In this document: one piece after another, positions 24,794 through 34,247 of the stretch
Layout of the letters: the number at the start of each line of letters is the position of its first letter
How positions within the stretch are numbered: the first letter of the stretch is position 1
Assembly (NCBI GenBank): GCA_015520895.1
Contig: WAPH01000009.1
Location: forward strand, 1 to 37,935
Origin: Nanobdellati archaeon
GTDB lineage: Archaea > EX4484-52 > JAADEF01
Length of the DNA stretch: 37,935 nucleotides
Direction: 5' to 3'
Translations under genes and position numbers: made by a program
Notes under the pieces: generated by a model
Seen by the model: only the letters and a program-made list of their open reading frames with translations
Databases searched by the model: none
Told to the model about the DNA's origin: nothing

Positions 24794-25905
24794 CTTAGTA
24801 TTAATGTATTTATTATAGTTGCTAATACTGACGATGCCACTATAGCTGTGAATAATTCTTGTGTGATAATTTTATGTAGGAACAAATACTGTGCTATGAC
24901 TAATTCAGTTGAAAACCTTATAGAAGAACCAATACCTGCCAAAAAAGACATTTTCAATCCTAATTCATCTTTTAGGAAGATCATGCTGTTAGCTATTTTT
25001 GCTGCACTTGGTACTAAATAGAAAAGTAAGGTAAGATAAGGATACTTTACTATGCTACTCAGATTCATGTTGAAACCTACCCAACTAAAAAATAACACAC
25101 CAAAAAACCCATAACCAAATCCTTTGACCCCGTATTCTACTTTCTTAAATTTATATTCTGGTAGGATATGGCTGAGTAATATTCCGGCAAAAAATGCGCT
25201 TACGCTTTCAACACCACCAAAAGATCCTATTGCTAAGTATATGAAGAATATAGTAATGGATAAAAGGATATAATAGTCATATTCTCTTATGTCTTCTAGT
25301 TTATTTCTTAATCCATTGTATCTTATAAGTATGATCGTTAAAGCTGTTATGATTGTTATGGTTAAGAAAGGCATTATAATTGAGAAAATAGAAAGGGATG
25401 TAGTGGTTTTTGCTGCAACAATAATGGCTATGGACAAAGCAGCAACTTCGAAGATATCATCTAGAGTACCTATACCCACTAACAAAGATCCGAATTTTGT
25501 CTTTAAAAGACGGAATTCTTCTAATATCGGTACTAATATTGCTTCACCTATACAGTTAGCCACTATACCTATTATGAGAGCCACTTTTAAAGGATATCCC
25601 ATAAGTAAAAGAAGGGAAACCCATGCTATCATAGAGAATATTTGTATCCCAAAAGTTGTTTTGATAATAGCCTTTTTTAGTTGAAATATTTTATTAACGT
25701 CTATCTCCAGACCTATTAAAAAAAGCATGAAATACATACCTATTCTTCCTAAAGTACTTAAAGATTCAGGCCTTATTTCTGTTAAGTTCAGTATTATTCC
25801 TATGGCTAATGCTCCAAATAACCAATGTATTCTTATTTTTTCTAGTAGATATCCTAAAATAAGGCTAAATAAAAATATACTTGCTATTATAGTATATTCG
25901 TTCAT
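24754..25905 (-). CDS. Cation:proton antiporter (CPA2/Kef-type Na+/H+ exchanger family)
   Basis: 383 aa with about 11-12 TMs. The layout is typical of the Na_H_Exchanger family (LGYLLEKIRIH.., GLEIDVNK). The 3' end overlaps a convergent gene by 40 nt. Confidence 0.8.
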   Translation of the reverse strand: MNEYTIIASIFLFSLILGYLLEKIRIHWLFGALAIGIILNLTEIRPESLSTLGRIGMYFMLFLIGLEIDVNKIFQLKKAIIKTTFGIQIFSMIAWVSLLLLMGYPLKVALIIGIVANCIGEAILVPILEEFRLLKTKFGSLLVGIGTLDDIFEVAALSIAIIVAAKTTTSLSIFSIIMPFLTITIITALTIILIRYNGLRNKLEDIREYDYYILLSITIFFIYLAIGSFGGVESVSAFFAGILLSHILPEYKFKKVEYGVKGFGYGFFGVLFFSWVGFNMNLSSIVKYPYLTLLFYLVPSAAKIANSMIFLKDELGLKMSFLAGIGSSIRFSTELVIAQYLFLHKIITQELFTAIVASSVLATIINTLILSYFLKDIRIGKHL

Positions 25906-25926
25906 AATTTTATTTTATATAATCGT

Positions 25927-26073
25927 TTATATATTATTTTTTCTTTTTTTACTTCCTTTGTAAAATTTGTCCATATAATGTAATTTAGATTCTCTCGTAA
26001 GATAGCAGTATAAAAAGATTACGCCCCCCACTATTACACCCAATATTAAAGAGATTATTATCTCTTTTATCAC
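25927..26073 (-). CDS. Possible small single-TM protein (48 aa, GTG start), absent from the ORF track
   Basis: Hand translation gives (M)IKEIIISLILGVIVGGVIFLYCYLTRESKLHYMDKFYKGSKKRKNNI. SD GGTGAG lies 6 nt before the GTG. Evidence is limited to the SD and the open frame. Confidence 0.3.
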   Translation of the reverse strand: MIKEIIISLILGVIVGGVIFLYCYLTRESKLHYMDKFYKGSKKRKNNI

Positions 26074-26138
26074 TTCCCGCTCACCAATTATACTATTTTT
26101 AACTAATCTATTTAAATATTTCTATCATACTTAGAGTT

Positions 26139-26807
26139 ATGACTATCTTAAAGGAATTAATAAAGGACAAAGAATTTTTACCAGGCGTTTTACACGGTAT
26201 CTATGGAAAAGCGGGAACTGGTAAAACAACTTTATGTATGCATATTACTTCCCATTATTTAAATAAAAGTAAAGATGTGATTGTTATTGACACTGAACAC
26301 GGATTTTTTATGGAAAGGTTATTACAGATTCATAAACATGAAGAATCTTTGGAGAATGTTCATATAAAAAAAGTGCTGGAACTTCATGAATTAAGATCTA
26401 CAATCAGTAATCTAAAAAAATATGTGGAAGATAAACATTTAAATTTAGGTGTGATTATTGTTGATTCCTTGAGTAATCCTTATCGTGTTGAACTTAAGGA
26501 TCAGCGTAATATATGGGAAATAAACAAAGCAATGAGTAGTAGTGTTTTTGCCTTAAGAAAACTTGCTTTAAATCTTAATATTCCTGTAGTAGCAACTCAT
26601 CAGGTTTATACTGATTTTGAAACTGGAGAAGTTGAAATTGTAGGGAGAGATCTTGTAAAATATGATTTTAAAGTAATGATGGGTATTGAGAAGGAGGAAG
26701 AAAAAAGGATTATATCTTTGCAAAGACATCCGTTTCTTAAACCTTCCAAAATAGAGGTGGTTATAGAAGAAGATGGTTTTAAAAAGAAAAGTTTTAAAAT
26801 ATTTTGA
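26139..26807 (+). CDS. radB: RadB-like RecA-superfamily ATPase
   Basis: Walker A is GIYGKAGTGKTTLCMH and Walker B is VIIVDSL. Length is about 220 aa. A TTTAAATA box at 26111-26118 lies 20 nt before the ATG. Confidence 0.78.
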   Translation: MTILKELIKDKEFLPGVLHGIYGKAGTGKTTLCMHITSHYLNKSKDVIVIDTEHGFFMERLLQIHKHEESLENVHIKKVLELHELRSTISNLKKYVEDKHLNLGVIIVDSLSNPYRVELKDQRNIWEINKAMSSSVFALRKLALNLNIPVVATHQVYTDFETGEVEIVGRDLVKYDFKVMMGIEKEEEKRIISLQRHPFLKPSKIEVVIEEDGFKKKSFKIF

Positions 26808-26808
26808 T

Positions 26809-28377
26809 ATGAGCGAGATTTTAGAAAAAGCGGCTCGAGAAATTATAGAAAAAATTAAAGATCTTGATGAAGAAAAGATAAATTCAAAAGTATTAAGTAA
26901 TTTAAAAAGAGAAGTATCGAAGAAATATGGTCTAAAAATGCTTATTAAAAATTCTACCATATTAGAATATGTTAAACCCCAAGAATACGAGTTCTTAAGA
27001 AGAGTTTTACAACTAAAAAAAGCGAGAAGCATATCTGGTGTGGTGGTTATAGCAGTGATGCTACCTCCTTCTCCTTGTCCAGGTCAGTGTATTTATTGTC
27101 CTTCAAGTTCTAATGCTCCTAAGTCATATACTGGTAAGGAACCCGCTGCTTTAAGAGCCAAAATGTTTGAGTTTGACGCATATAGGCAAGTAAAAGGAAG
27201 ACTAAAACAATTAGAGGTCATAGGCCATCACACAGATAAAGTGGAGATAATAGTTATGGGAGGTACTTTTCTTGCTCAGCCATTAAAGTTTCAGTATGAT
27301 TTTATTAAGAGCATATATGATGCATTAAATGATAAAATTGCAAAGGATTTAGTTACTGCTATTAGATGGAACGAAACTGCTAAACATAGATGTGTAGGGT
27401 TAACTATAGAAACTCGCCCTGACTATTCTAAACCTCAGCATATAGATTTGATGTTGACGTATGGAGCCACACGTGTTGAACTAGGTGTTCAGGTTTTGAA
27501 CGAGAGATTACTAAAAAAAATAAAACGCGGACATACATTACAGGATGTGGTAGATGCAACCCGTTTATTAAAGGATTCTGCATATAAAATAGCATACCAT
27601 ATGATGCCCGGATTTCAATCTTACGAAAAAGATATTAAGATGTTTAAGAAACTTTTCCAAGATACTCGTTTCAGACCTGATATGCTTAAAATATACCCTG
27701 TTTTGGTTGTTAAAGGTACAGAACTTTATGAGATGTGGAAAAAGGGAGAATACGTTCCATTAAGTGATGAAGAAGCAGCAAATCTAATAGCAGAGGCTTA
27801 TAAGTATATTCCTGAGTGGGTTAGAGTTATGAGAGTACAACGTGATATACCTGCAGATGCAATAGATGCAGGAGTAAGAAGAAGCAATCTTCGTGAATTA
27901 GTTATGGAAAAAATAAAAGAGAAAGGTATTAGGTGTAGAGAGATAAGGTGTAGAGAAGCAGGTCATAAATGGTTAAAGGAGCGAAAGATACCTAAAAATA
28001 TGGAATTTGTGTTAAGAAGATATAAAGCATCTTATGGGCATGAGTATTTTCTAAGTTTAGAAGATATAGAGCAGGACATTTTAGTAGGGTATCTGAGAGC
28101 GCGTATACCTTATAAGCCTTACCGTGTTGAATTAGATTCTGATACTTTGTTAATTAGAGAGCTAAAAGTTGTGGGTACTGCTTTACCTTTAGGTAAAAAA
28201 GAAAATGTAAGTTTTCAGCATAAAGGTATAGGTAGGAAACTGATGAATTATGCAGAAGCTCTCGCTAGAGATAAAGGTATGCATAGGGTTGCAGTGATTT
28301 CTGCTGTAGGTACTCGAGAGTATTATCGAAAATTGGGATATAAATTATTAGGACCATATATGGTAAAAGATTTATAG
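26809..28377 (+). CDS. elp3: Elp3-type tRNA uridine(34) modification enzyme (radical SAM plus GNAT acetyltransferase)
   Basis: Radical-SAM cluster region CPGQCIYCP and a C-terminal GNAT motif QHKGIGRKLM. The start is placed at the ATG 2 nt after the radB stop; the track start at 26773 overlaps radB. Confidence 0.92.
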   Translation: MSEILEKAAREIIEKIKDLDEEKINSKVLSNLKREVSKKYGLKMLIKNSTILEYVKPQEYEFLRRVLQLKKARSISGVVVIAVMLPPSPCPGQCIYCPSSSNAPKSYTGKEPAALRAKMFEFDAYRQVKGRLKQLEVIGHHTDKVEIIVMGGTFLAQPLKFQYDFIKSIYDALNDKIAKDLVTAIRWNETAKHRCVGLTIETRPDYSKPQHIDLMLTYGATRVELGVQVLNERLLKKIKRGHTLQDVVDATRLLKDSAYKIAYHMMPGFQSYEKDIKMFKKLFQDTRFRPDMLKIYPVLVVKGTELYEMWKKGEYVPLSDEEAANLIAEAYKYIPEWVRVMRVQRDIPADAIDAGVRRSNLRELVMEKIKEKGIRCREIRCREAGHKWLKERKIPKNMEFVLRRYKASYGHEYFLSLEDIEQDILVGYLRARIPYKPYRVELDSDTLLIRELKVVGTALPLGKKENVSFQHKGIGRKLMNYAEALARDKGMHRVAVISAVGTREYYRKLGYKLLGPYMVKDL

Positions 28378-28397
28378 AAATAAAAAGAAAGGGAGAT

Positions 28398-29057
28398 TTA
28401 GATTTTCTTATGGCAGAACCACCAATCGAAACACTCAATTTCTCCTTTCTTTGCAGCTTCTAATCTTTTCTCCTTTTCTTCTACGGATGCTGCAGGTGGT
28501 ATGATTGCGTGATCTCCTACTAATTCGTTTTCAGGCCATTTATGTGGTAAAGCTACTTTTTTCTCGTCTATTATTTGCAACCCTTTTACCATTCTTACTA
28601 TCTCATCTACATCTCTGCCTAATTCTAAAGGATAATAGAGAATAGCTCTTACAACGCCTTTAGGATCTATGATGAATACTGCTCTCACTGCATTGGTTTT
28701 ACTTGCAGATTCTTGTAGCATTCCTAATCTTATTGCTACATCACCTTTTGGATCTGCAATTATGGGGAATTCTATTTCTATTCCTAATTTTTCTTTAATC
28801 CATTCTTCCCATTTTATATGAGAAAATACTTGGTCTATGGACAAACCTAAAAGTTCGGTATTTAACTCTTTAAACTTTTCATATCTTTTTTGAAATGCTA
28901 CGAACTCGGTTGTACAAACCGGCGTAAAGTCTGCAGGATGGCTAAATAAAACAAGCCATTTTCCTTTGTAATCTTCAGGCAATTTCTTCACACCTTTCGT
29001 TGTAACTACTTCCATTTCAGGGAACTTCTCACCAATTAAAGGTATTCTGTTTTCCAT
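28398..29057 (-). CDS. Peroxiredoxin (Prx6/1-Cys-like thiol peroxidase)
   Basis: Peroxidatic Cys motif [12 protein letters not shown] and a C-terminal Cys pair (ECFDWWFC). SD GAGGTGAT precedes the ATG at 29057; the track start at 29066 is the GTG inside that SD. Confidence 0.92.
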   Translation of the reverse strand: MENRIPLIGEKFPEMEVVTTKGVKKLPEDYKGKWLVLFSHPADFTPVCTTEFVAFQKRYEKFKELNTELLGLSIDQVFSHIKWEEWIKEKLGIEIEFPIIADPKGDVAIRLGMLQESASKTNAVRAVFIIDPKGVVRAILYYPLELGRDVDEIVRMVKGLQIIDEKKVALPHKWPENELVGDHAIIPPAASVEEKEKRLEAAKKGEIECFDWWFCHKKI

Positions 29058-29070
29058 TTTTATCACCTCA

Positions 29071-29250
29071 TTATTTTGCTTTGTAATAGCATCTTTTCGG
29101 ACTATAAACTTTGCCTTCTTTTTGAAGTTCTTTTATTATTTTACTTACTTCTTTGCTATCCAATCCTGTTACTTTTGCAATCTCTCCGGATCTCATTTCT
29201 TTACCTTCTTTTTTCATAACCTCTAAGACTAAGGTTTTTTTATCTTCCAT
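29071..29250 (-). CDS. Small winged-helix DNA-binding protein (59 aa)
   Basis: [48 protein letters not shown] has a wHTH pattern. SD AGGTGA precedes the ATG at 29250. It lies 13 nt upstream of the peroxiredoxin gene. Confidence 0.6.
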   Translation of the reverse strand: MEDKKTLVLEVMKKEGKEMRSGEIAKVTGLDSKEVSKIIKELQKEGKVYSPKRCYYKAK

Positions 29251-29335
29251 ATTTTTCACCTTTATGATGAGAAGGTTAAAATTTAATATTAATAGGTACG
29301 ATAACCTTTAAAAAATTAACTGCTATAGTAATAAT

Positions 29336-29758
29336 ATGGTTCGTATTTCGGACATAGATTTAATTAAGGAATTAAAAAAGAATGCAAGAGTGTCATTTAC
29401 GGAGTTAGCTCGTAAATATGGAGTGAGTGAAGCAGCAATTAGGAAAAAAGTAAATAAACTTACAAATAAAGGTATAATTAAGAGATTTACCTTAGAGCTC
29501 GATATGAAAAAAATAGGATATGATGTAGAAGCCTTAATAGGAGTAGATACTTTGCCAGAAAAACTCATGAGTGTGATAGACGATTTAAAGGAAGATGAGG
29601 CTATTGAGAATCTTTATGCATCTGCCGGAGACCACATGATTCTTGTCCATATTTATTTCAAAAGCGATGAGGAATTAAGAAAATATGTGAGAAATTTGGA
29701 GAGTAAAGAGGGTATAACTAAAGTATGCCCTGCTATCATATTAAGTAAAATAAAATAG
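29336..29758 (+). CDS. Lrp/AsnC family transcriptional regulator
   Basis: N-terminal HTH (DLIKELKKNARVSFTELARKYGVSEAAIRKKVNKL) plus a C-terminal RAM/ACT-like domain, 140 aa. A TATA-like CTTTAAAAAA lies about 21 nt before the ATG. Confidence 0.9.
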   Translation: MVRISDIDLIKELKKNARVSFTELARKYGVSEAAIRKKVNKLTNKGIIKRFTLELDMKKIGYDVEALIGVDTLPEKLMSVIDDLKEDEAIENLYASAGDHMILVHIYFKSDEELRKYVRNLESKEGITKVCPAIILSKIK

Positions 29759-30136
29759 TTATATTGAATAAGGGTTGTGTTCAACGTAAATAGTATTTTT
29801 AGGTTTTAATTTAGGATCGAATTCTTCCTTTACGAGTTTAAATAAAGTGTTAGGATCATTTTCCCATTGAATCTCTACATAATTATTCGAAGGGTTTTTA
29901 AAATCATGTAGTATTGTGATGATTGCATTACCGTATGTTGGATGTACAACTCTATATTCTTTTACAGAGATGTGTGCATGTATGTTGTTTGTGTATTGGC
30001 TACAAGTCATGTTTATTAAACCTTCTTTTCCCAGCTCCGTGATAATGCTTTCTATTATATTTACGTTTACAGGATTATAAATACATTTTAGAGGTATTGT
30101 CGATCTTTTATTAACATATATTTCTTTGCTTATCAT
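29759..30136 (-). CDS. Hypothetical protein (125 aa) at the distal end of the ribosomal-protein transcription unit
   Basis: The ORF is on the same strand as eL14 and 43 nt downstream of it. I recognise no motif. Confidence 0.5.
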   Translation of the reverse strand: MISKEIYVNKRSTIPLKCIYNPVNVNIIESIITELGKEGLINMTCSQYTNNIHAHISVKEYRVVHPTYGNAIITILHDFKNPSNNYVEIQWENDPNTLFKLVKEEFDPKLKPKNTIYVEHNPYSI

Positions 30137-30179
30137 GGTGTCACTAGATAATAGTTAATCCGTTATATTTAAAAAATTT

Positions 30180-30446
30180 TTAGATTTTTATTCTTTTACC
30201 CCATTTTATTTCCTTGATCGTATTAATTATTTCTTTTGCATCTTTTACTTTAGATTCTTCTATTTTATAAGGTAGTGGTGCTACGTGTTTTATATTACTT
30301 TTCTTTTCTTTTAACACATCTCCTTTTAGTATTATCCCTATTTTCACAAACCCTTCTTCATTTTTTTCCAATATTACTGCAGGATAACCGGCAAATCTTC
30401 CATTAAGTTTTACTACGACTTGTCCTACCTCCACATCACTCACCAA
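30180..30446 (-). CDS. rpl14e: Ribosomal protein eL14 (L14e)
   Basis: KOW-type N-terminus VEVGQVVVKLNGRFAG. GTG start; either the GTG at 30446 or the one at 30437 could be used (SD GGTGAG lies upstream of the second). The gene overlaps the eL34 stop. Confidence 0.82.
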   Translation of the reverse strand: MVSDVEVGQVVVKLNGRFAGYPAVILEKNEEGFVKIGIILKGDVLKEKKSNIKHVAPLPYKIEESKVKDAKEIINTIKEIKWGKRIKI

Positions 30447-30714
30447 TCATTGTTTTTAATTTTTTTAATAATCGCGATTTTAAACCTTTTGGGCTTAACA
30501 CACCCCCATAATAACGAGTAGGTCTTTTCTCTGTTTTAGCATAATTCCTGAGTTTTCTTTTCCTGCCGTAGGCAGTGCCATTAAGTACTTTTTTTGTTTC
30601 AGGGCATCGTGGTTTATTTACTTCTTTTTTTCTAAATATTATGCCTGTAATACCTGATGGCAATTTTCTTTTTTTCTTTACTATTTTTGTACTTCTTAAA
30701 TGCCTTTTTACCAT
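30436..30714 (-). CDS. rpl34e: Ribosomal protein eL34 (L34e)
   Basis: RSTKIVKKKRKLPSG...KPRCPETKKVLNG...RPTRYYGGVLS is typical of L34e. SD GGTGAG is present. Confidence 0.9.
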   Translation of the reverse strand: MVKRHLRSTKIVKKKRKLPSGITGIIFRKKEVNKPRCPETKKVLNGTAYGRKRKLRNYAKTEKRPTRYYGGVLSPKGLKSRLLKKLKTMIGE

Positions 30715-30732
30715 AGGCTCACCACATTTTAT

Positions 30733-31149
30733 TTAATATGATATCTTTAAAAGTCTTTTTATTAAAAGAGAAAAAAGGATTGCATAAAAAATGTACATCC
30801 CTAGCCATCCGACTTTGTCTCCTATCCATGGCAAACTAAACGGAAGTTTAACTGTGAATCCATTAAGCCATTTTTTTAATAACCAAAAAACTGGTATGAT
30901 AAATAACGCGTTATAAATAAAGGATCTCATCGAATATTGGAGTTGCTCTTTGATTAATGCATTTTGTTCATCCATTATTTTCTTCATAGTATCTATATCA
31001 TTCTTTTTTTCTTTCATTTTCTTTCGAAGTTTATCCATTCTTTCTTTTATAGCTTTCATTTTATGCTGATCTGTAGTATACTTTATTATTAAATTAGATC
31101 CTAAGGATATAAAGAAACTTGATCCTACAAGAATTAACATATTATCCAT
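30733..31149 (-). CDS. DUF106 / Oxa1-superfamily (EMC3/TMCO1-like) membrane protein
   Basis: Layout is TM1, a long basic coiled-coil hairpin (KMKAIKERMDKLRKKMKEKKND...), then TM2-TM3. It occupies the conserved position directly downstream of secY. SD GAGGTGAT is present. Confidence 0.75.
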   Translation of the reverse strand: MDNMLILVGSSFFISLGSNLIIKYTTDQHKMKAIKERMDKLRKKMKEKKNDIDTMKKIMDEQNALIKEQLQYSMRSFIYNALFIIPVFWLLKKWLNGFTVKLPFSLPWIGDKVGWLGMYIFYAILFSLLIKRLLKISY

Positions 31150-31159
31150 TTTATCACCT

Positions 31160-32533
31160 CTAACTTTTACTTATTAATCTTCTAACTAATGAAGGCATTG
31201 CTTCTAAGTTATACCTCATTATTTGCTCATACATATTGTGTGCAATCATCACTGCTAATAATAATCCTGTACCTGACACTAATGCACCCATTATATCCGC
31301 AAACGCTGCCAACAGTCCTACAAAAGCACCTCCTGTTATAGCAAGGGCCGGAATGTATCTTTCTAGCACTTTCTCTACTATCCGTACGTCTCTTCTAAAT
31401 CCGGGAATCTGCATGCCTGCTTGAATTATTTGTTGAGCTACATCTCGCGGACCCATTCCTGACGTATTAACCCAAAAAATAGAGAATATTACACTTAGAA
31501 TTGTAAAAAATATTAGGTATATGATAACTCTTATGACGTCTGTAATAGTAAGATTAAAGTGAATTAGATTTATTATAAATTGAGCAGGTGGTGTTAAATA
31601 GTACATTAACCCGCTTTCAGGATATCCTGCTTGATTAAACTTACCTAATATATGAATACCTCTAGAACTAAGTATGCTCCCAAACATTCTCAGATTAATA
31701 AGAAGTGCAGATGCTAAAATAACAGGCATATTGCTAGTATATATAAATTTTAAAGGCCATTTTCTTCCAAATCCTCTAAAACTACTCATAACTAAAGGTA
31801 TTTCAACCCTTAATGATTGCGCATAAACTACTACTAAAAATATAATGATGGTTGTGAGCAAAGGTATGATGTAATATGAAGTTATATCGGCTAAGGTGGC
31901 ATTACCTTGCATTAATGATCTTATTAATTCAGGTATAGCACCGATGAATTTACCATCGGTTGTTCTACTAATATCGAAAGCTTTAATAAATAATTGCTTC
32001 GAGACTCCAGCTAATATAAATAGAGAAACACCAGATCCTATACCCCATCGACTAATTATTTCATCAAGATAGATGATTATTATAGCACCTAATGCTATTT
32101 GCAATATTATCCATTTAATGTATTGGGGAGATGCAGGGGTTAATGCGCCAAATAAAGCTAAAGAACTAGCTTCTAAAAAGCTAAATATTAATGCTAATAT
32201 CTTTTGAGTTCCTTGGAACCAAGCCCTTCCTTCATGGGTGTTTAGATTAACATTTAGAATACCCGAACCTACTAATAGTTGAAGTATTATGCTTGCCGTA
32301 ACTATAGGTCCTATACCTAACATAGCAAGTTTTCCAACACTTGCTCCGAGGATGGCAGAAACTTGCTCAAAATAACTTTCAGCTTGAACGTCTAATCCTA
32401 TTATTGGTACTTCTGTTAATCCAAAGTAAATAAGCAGTGCTGTTAAGGTCCATATTAATCTTTCTTTAAAAGATAATTCTTTTTGAGGTAAAGAAACGGC
32501 AGGTATAAACTTTAGGATGCTATTTAATACCAT
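31160..32533 (-). CDS. secY: Preprotein translocase subunit SecY
   Basis: 457 aa with 10 TMs. It lies after uL15 in the conserved cluster. SD GAGGTG is present. Confidence 0.96.
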   Translation of the reverse strand: MVLNSILKFIPAVSLPQKELSFKERLIWTLTALLIYFGLTEVPIIGLDVQAESYFEQVSAILGASVGKLAMLGIGPIVTASIILQLLVGSGILNVNLNTHEGRAWFQGTQKILALIFSFLEASSLALFGALTPASPQYIKWIILQIALGAIIIIYLDEIISRWGIGSGVSLFILAGVSKQLFIKAFDISRTTDGKFIGAIPELIRSLMQGNATLADITSYYIIPLLTTIIIFLVVVYAQSLRVEIPLVMSSFRGFGRKWPLKFIYTSNMPVILASALLINLRMFGSILSSRGIHILGKFNQAGYPESGLMYYLTPPAQFIINLIHFNLTITDVIRVIIYLIFFTILSVIFSIFWVNTSGMGPRDVAQQIIQAGMQIPGFRRDVRIVEKVLERYIPALAITGGAFVGLLAAFADIMGALVSGTGLLLAVMIAHNMYEQIMRYNLEAMPSLVRRLISKS

Positions 32534-32557
32534 TTATACACCTCTAAGCACTAAAAA

Positions 32558-33040
32558 TTATGCTTCACTTTTCGTTTCTAAAGTCCAACCTTTGGATTCT
32601 AAAAATTCTTTAACCCCTCCTGTAGCTTTAGTAACTTTAATTATTCCTTTGTGTTCTTCAAAAAATTTCATAGAATCAGGTGAATTAGATAATATTAACT
32701 TTACAGGTAATCTCTTATACTTGATTAGTTCTATGACATATTCTTTTTCTTGTTGATTTACATAACCTTCTTCTTTTAATAATGAGAGTTTAGCATGTAT
32801 TTCTTTTAAACTAAATACATAGTATTTTGTTTTTGCTTCCGGAGGCATAGTAAACCCTTGTTTGCCTAATCCTTTGCCCATCTGTGTTAAAAGAATTGCT
32901 TTATGACCAGCTTTTTTACCAACCCCTGCTTTGCCTTTACCTCCTTTAGAACCTTTTCCTCTGTGTTTTTTTGGACTTCCGTAACCGTATGTCCTGGATC
33001 CTCTCTTTTTCGTTACTTTTTTTCTGAATCTTACAACCAT
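32558..33040 (-). CDS. rpl15: Ribosomal protein uL15
   Basis: The Gly/Lys-rich N-terminus RGSRTYGYGSPKKHRGKGSKGGKGKAG is typical. The start was moved to the ATG at 33040; the track start is a GTG inside the SD AAGGTG. Confidence 0.92.
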   Translation of the reverse strand: MVVRFRKKVTKKRGSRTYGYGSPKKHRGKGSKGGKGKAGVGKKAGHKAILLTQMGKGLGKQGFTMPPEAKTKYYVFSLKEIHAKLSLLKEEGYVNQQEKEYVIELIKYKRLPVKLILSNSPDSMKFFEEHKGIIKVTKATGGVKEFLESKGWTLETKSEA

Positions 33041-33051
33041 TACTAACACCT

Positions 33052-33426
33052 TTATCTGATCATTCTTTGAATAAGATCTTTTATTTTTTCTCCTCTATAT
33101 CCTAAAGCTCCTTTTTGTTGAAAGGTATGTTTAACGCCTTTTCGTCCATAACCTTTTAAAGGGGGCGCTAATCTGTAAAGGTTATCATCTTCTTTATTTT
33201 TACTTGCTTTTTTTTCTATTTCTTTGATAAACTTCTCATCTACTTCTCCCCACGTAACAAAATCCTTTACTTTTTTGATCATTCCTTCTATAGAGGGTGT
33301 TAGTTCGTAAAAAACAACATGATTTGGTTTTGTAAGTTTTAATCTTTTCAACGTATCCTCTATCGTTCTTTTTACTCCTACTGTTCCTCTTACTCTTACA
33401 ACCGCCACATATTTTTTACTACTCAT
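33052..33426 (-). CDS. rpl30: Ribosomal protein uL30
   Basis: VAVVRVRGTVGVKRTIEDTLKRLKLTKPNH is typical of uL30. The start is placed at the ATG at 33426, after the SD GTGAT. Confidence 0.9.
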   Translation of the reverse strand: MSSKKYVAVVRVRGTVGVKRTIEDTLKRLKLTKPNHVVFYELTPSIEGMIKKVKDFVTWGEVDEKFIKEIEKKASKNKEDDNLYRLAPPLKGYGRKGVKHTFQQKGALGYRGEKIKDLIQRMIR

Positions 33427-33431
33427 GAGTA

Positions 33432-34247
33432 TCACTTGCTTAATCCTTCTATGACTCCTGTTTCTTTTATTACGGCTTCGTTGGCTCTAATTTTATTAAG
33501 GTTGTTGAGAGCATCAAATAATGCATAGATGAAATTGATTCTTGTTCTTGTATTTCCGAAACTTCTTAGCCATACGTCCTGAATCCCTGCTAATCTTAAT
33601 ACTTTTTTAGGTTCTGAAGAAGCAACAATACCTAAACCTCTTGGTCCAGGTATTAATTCTACCTTTACAGAACCGCTTTTACCTGTTACTTTAAATGGTA
33701 AAGAATGAGGCTGATGGCAATTACATTCCCACGATCCACAACCCCTTCTTATGCTTATTATGTTTAATCTTGCTTTTCTTGAAGCTTTTTCTATGGCTTC
33801 GCGAGCGTCATTCCCTTTAGCATAGCCGTACCCTACATAGCCATTTTTATTGCCTACTACTACCATGGCATGTAAACTCCTTTTTCTTCCTGATTTATGC
33901 ATCCTCGCTGTAGTTTTAACAGGTATTCTCTTAATACCTCCTCCTTTTCCAGGAGTTCCTCCAATAAGAATGATCTCGTCTTCTAAATCTGGAAGTAATA
34001 TATCTACTATTTCCGGTTCTCTTATTATATAACCTTTTTCAAATACTTCTTCTATACTTGTGATTTCTCTTCTATACACTTTTTTACCTAATTCTGTTTT
34101 AGGAACCCAGGATTTCATTATTTTTTCTACTTTATTTATGGTTATATTAGGTTGAGTTTCTTTACTTTCTTGAGTTTCTTCTTGCTGTTGAACATTATTT
34201 TCTTCCTTTATTTCTTTATCCTTATTAGCTGTATTTTCTTCGCTCAC
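33432..34247 (-). CDS. rps5: Ribosomal protein uS5, with an acidic/polar N-terminal extension
   Basis: WVPKTELGKKV...GRKRSLHAMVVVGNKNGYVGYGYAKG...GLGIVAS. The GTG start overlaps the uL18 stop (GTGA). SD AAGGTGA is present. Confidence 0.94.
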   Translation of the reverse strand: MSEENTANKDKEIKEENNVQQQEETQESKETQPNITINKVEKIMKSWVPKTELGKKVYRREITSIEEVFEKGYIIREPEIVDILLPDLEDEIILIGGTPGKGGGIKRIPVKTTARMHKSGRKRSLHAMVVVGNKNGYVGYGYAKGNDAREAIEKASRKARLNIISIRRGCGSWECNCHQPHSLPFKVTGKSGSVKVELIPGPRGLGIVASSEPKKVLRLAGIQDVWLRSFGNTRTRINFIYALFDALNNLNKIRANEAVIKETGVIEGLSK

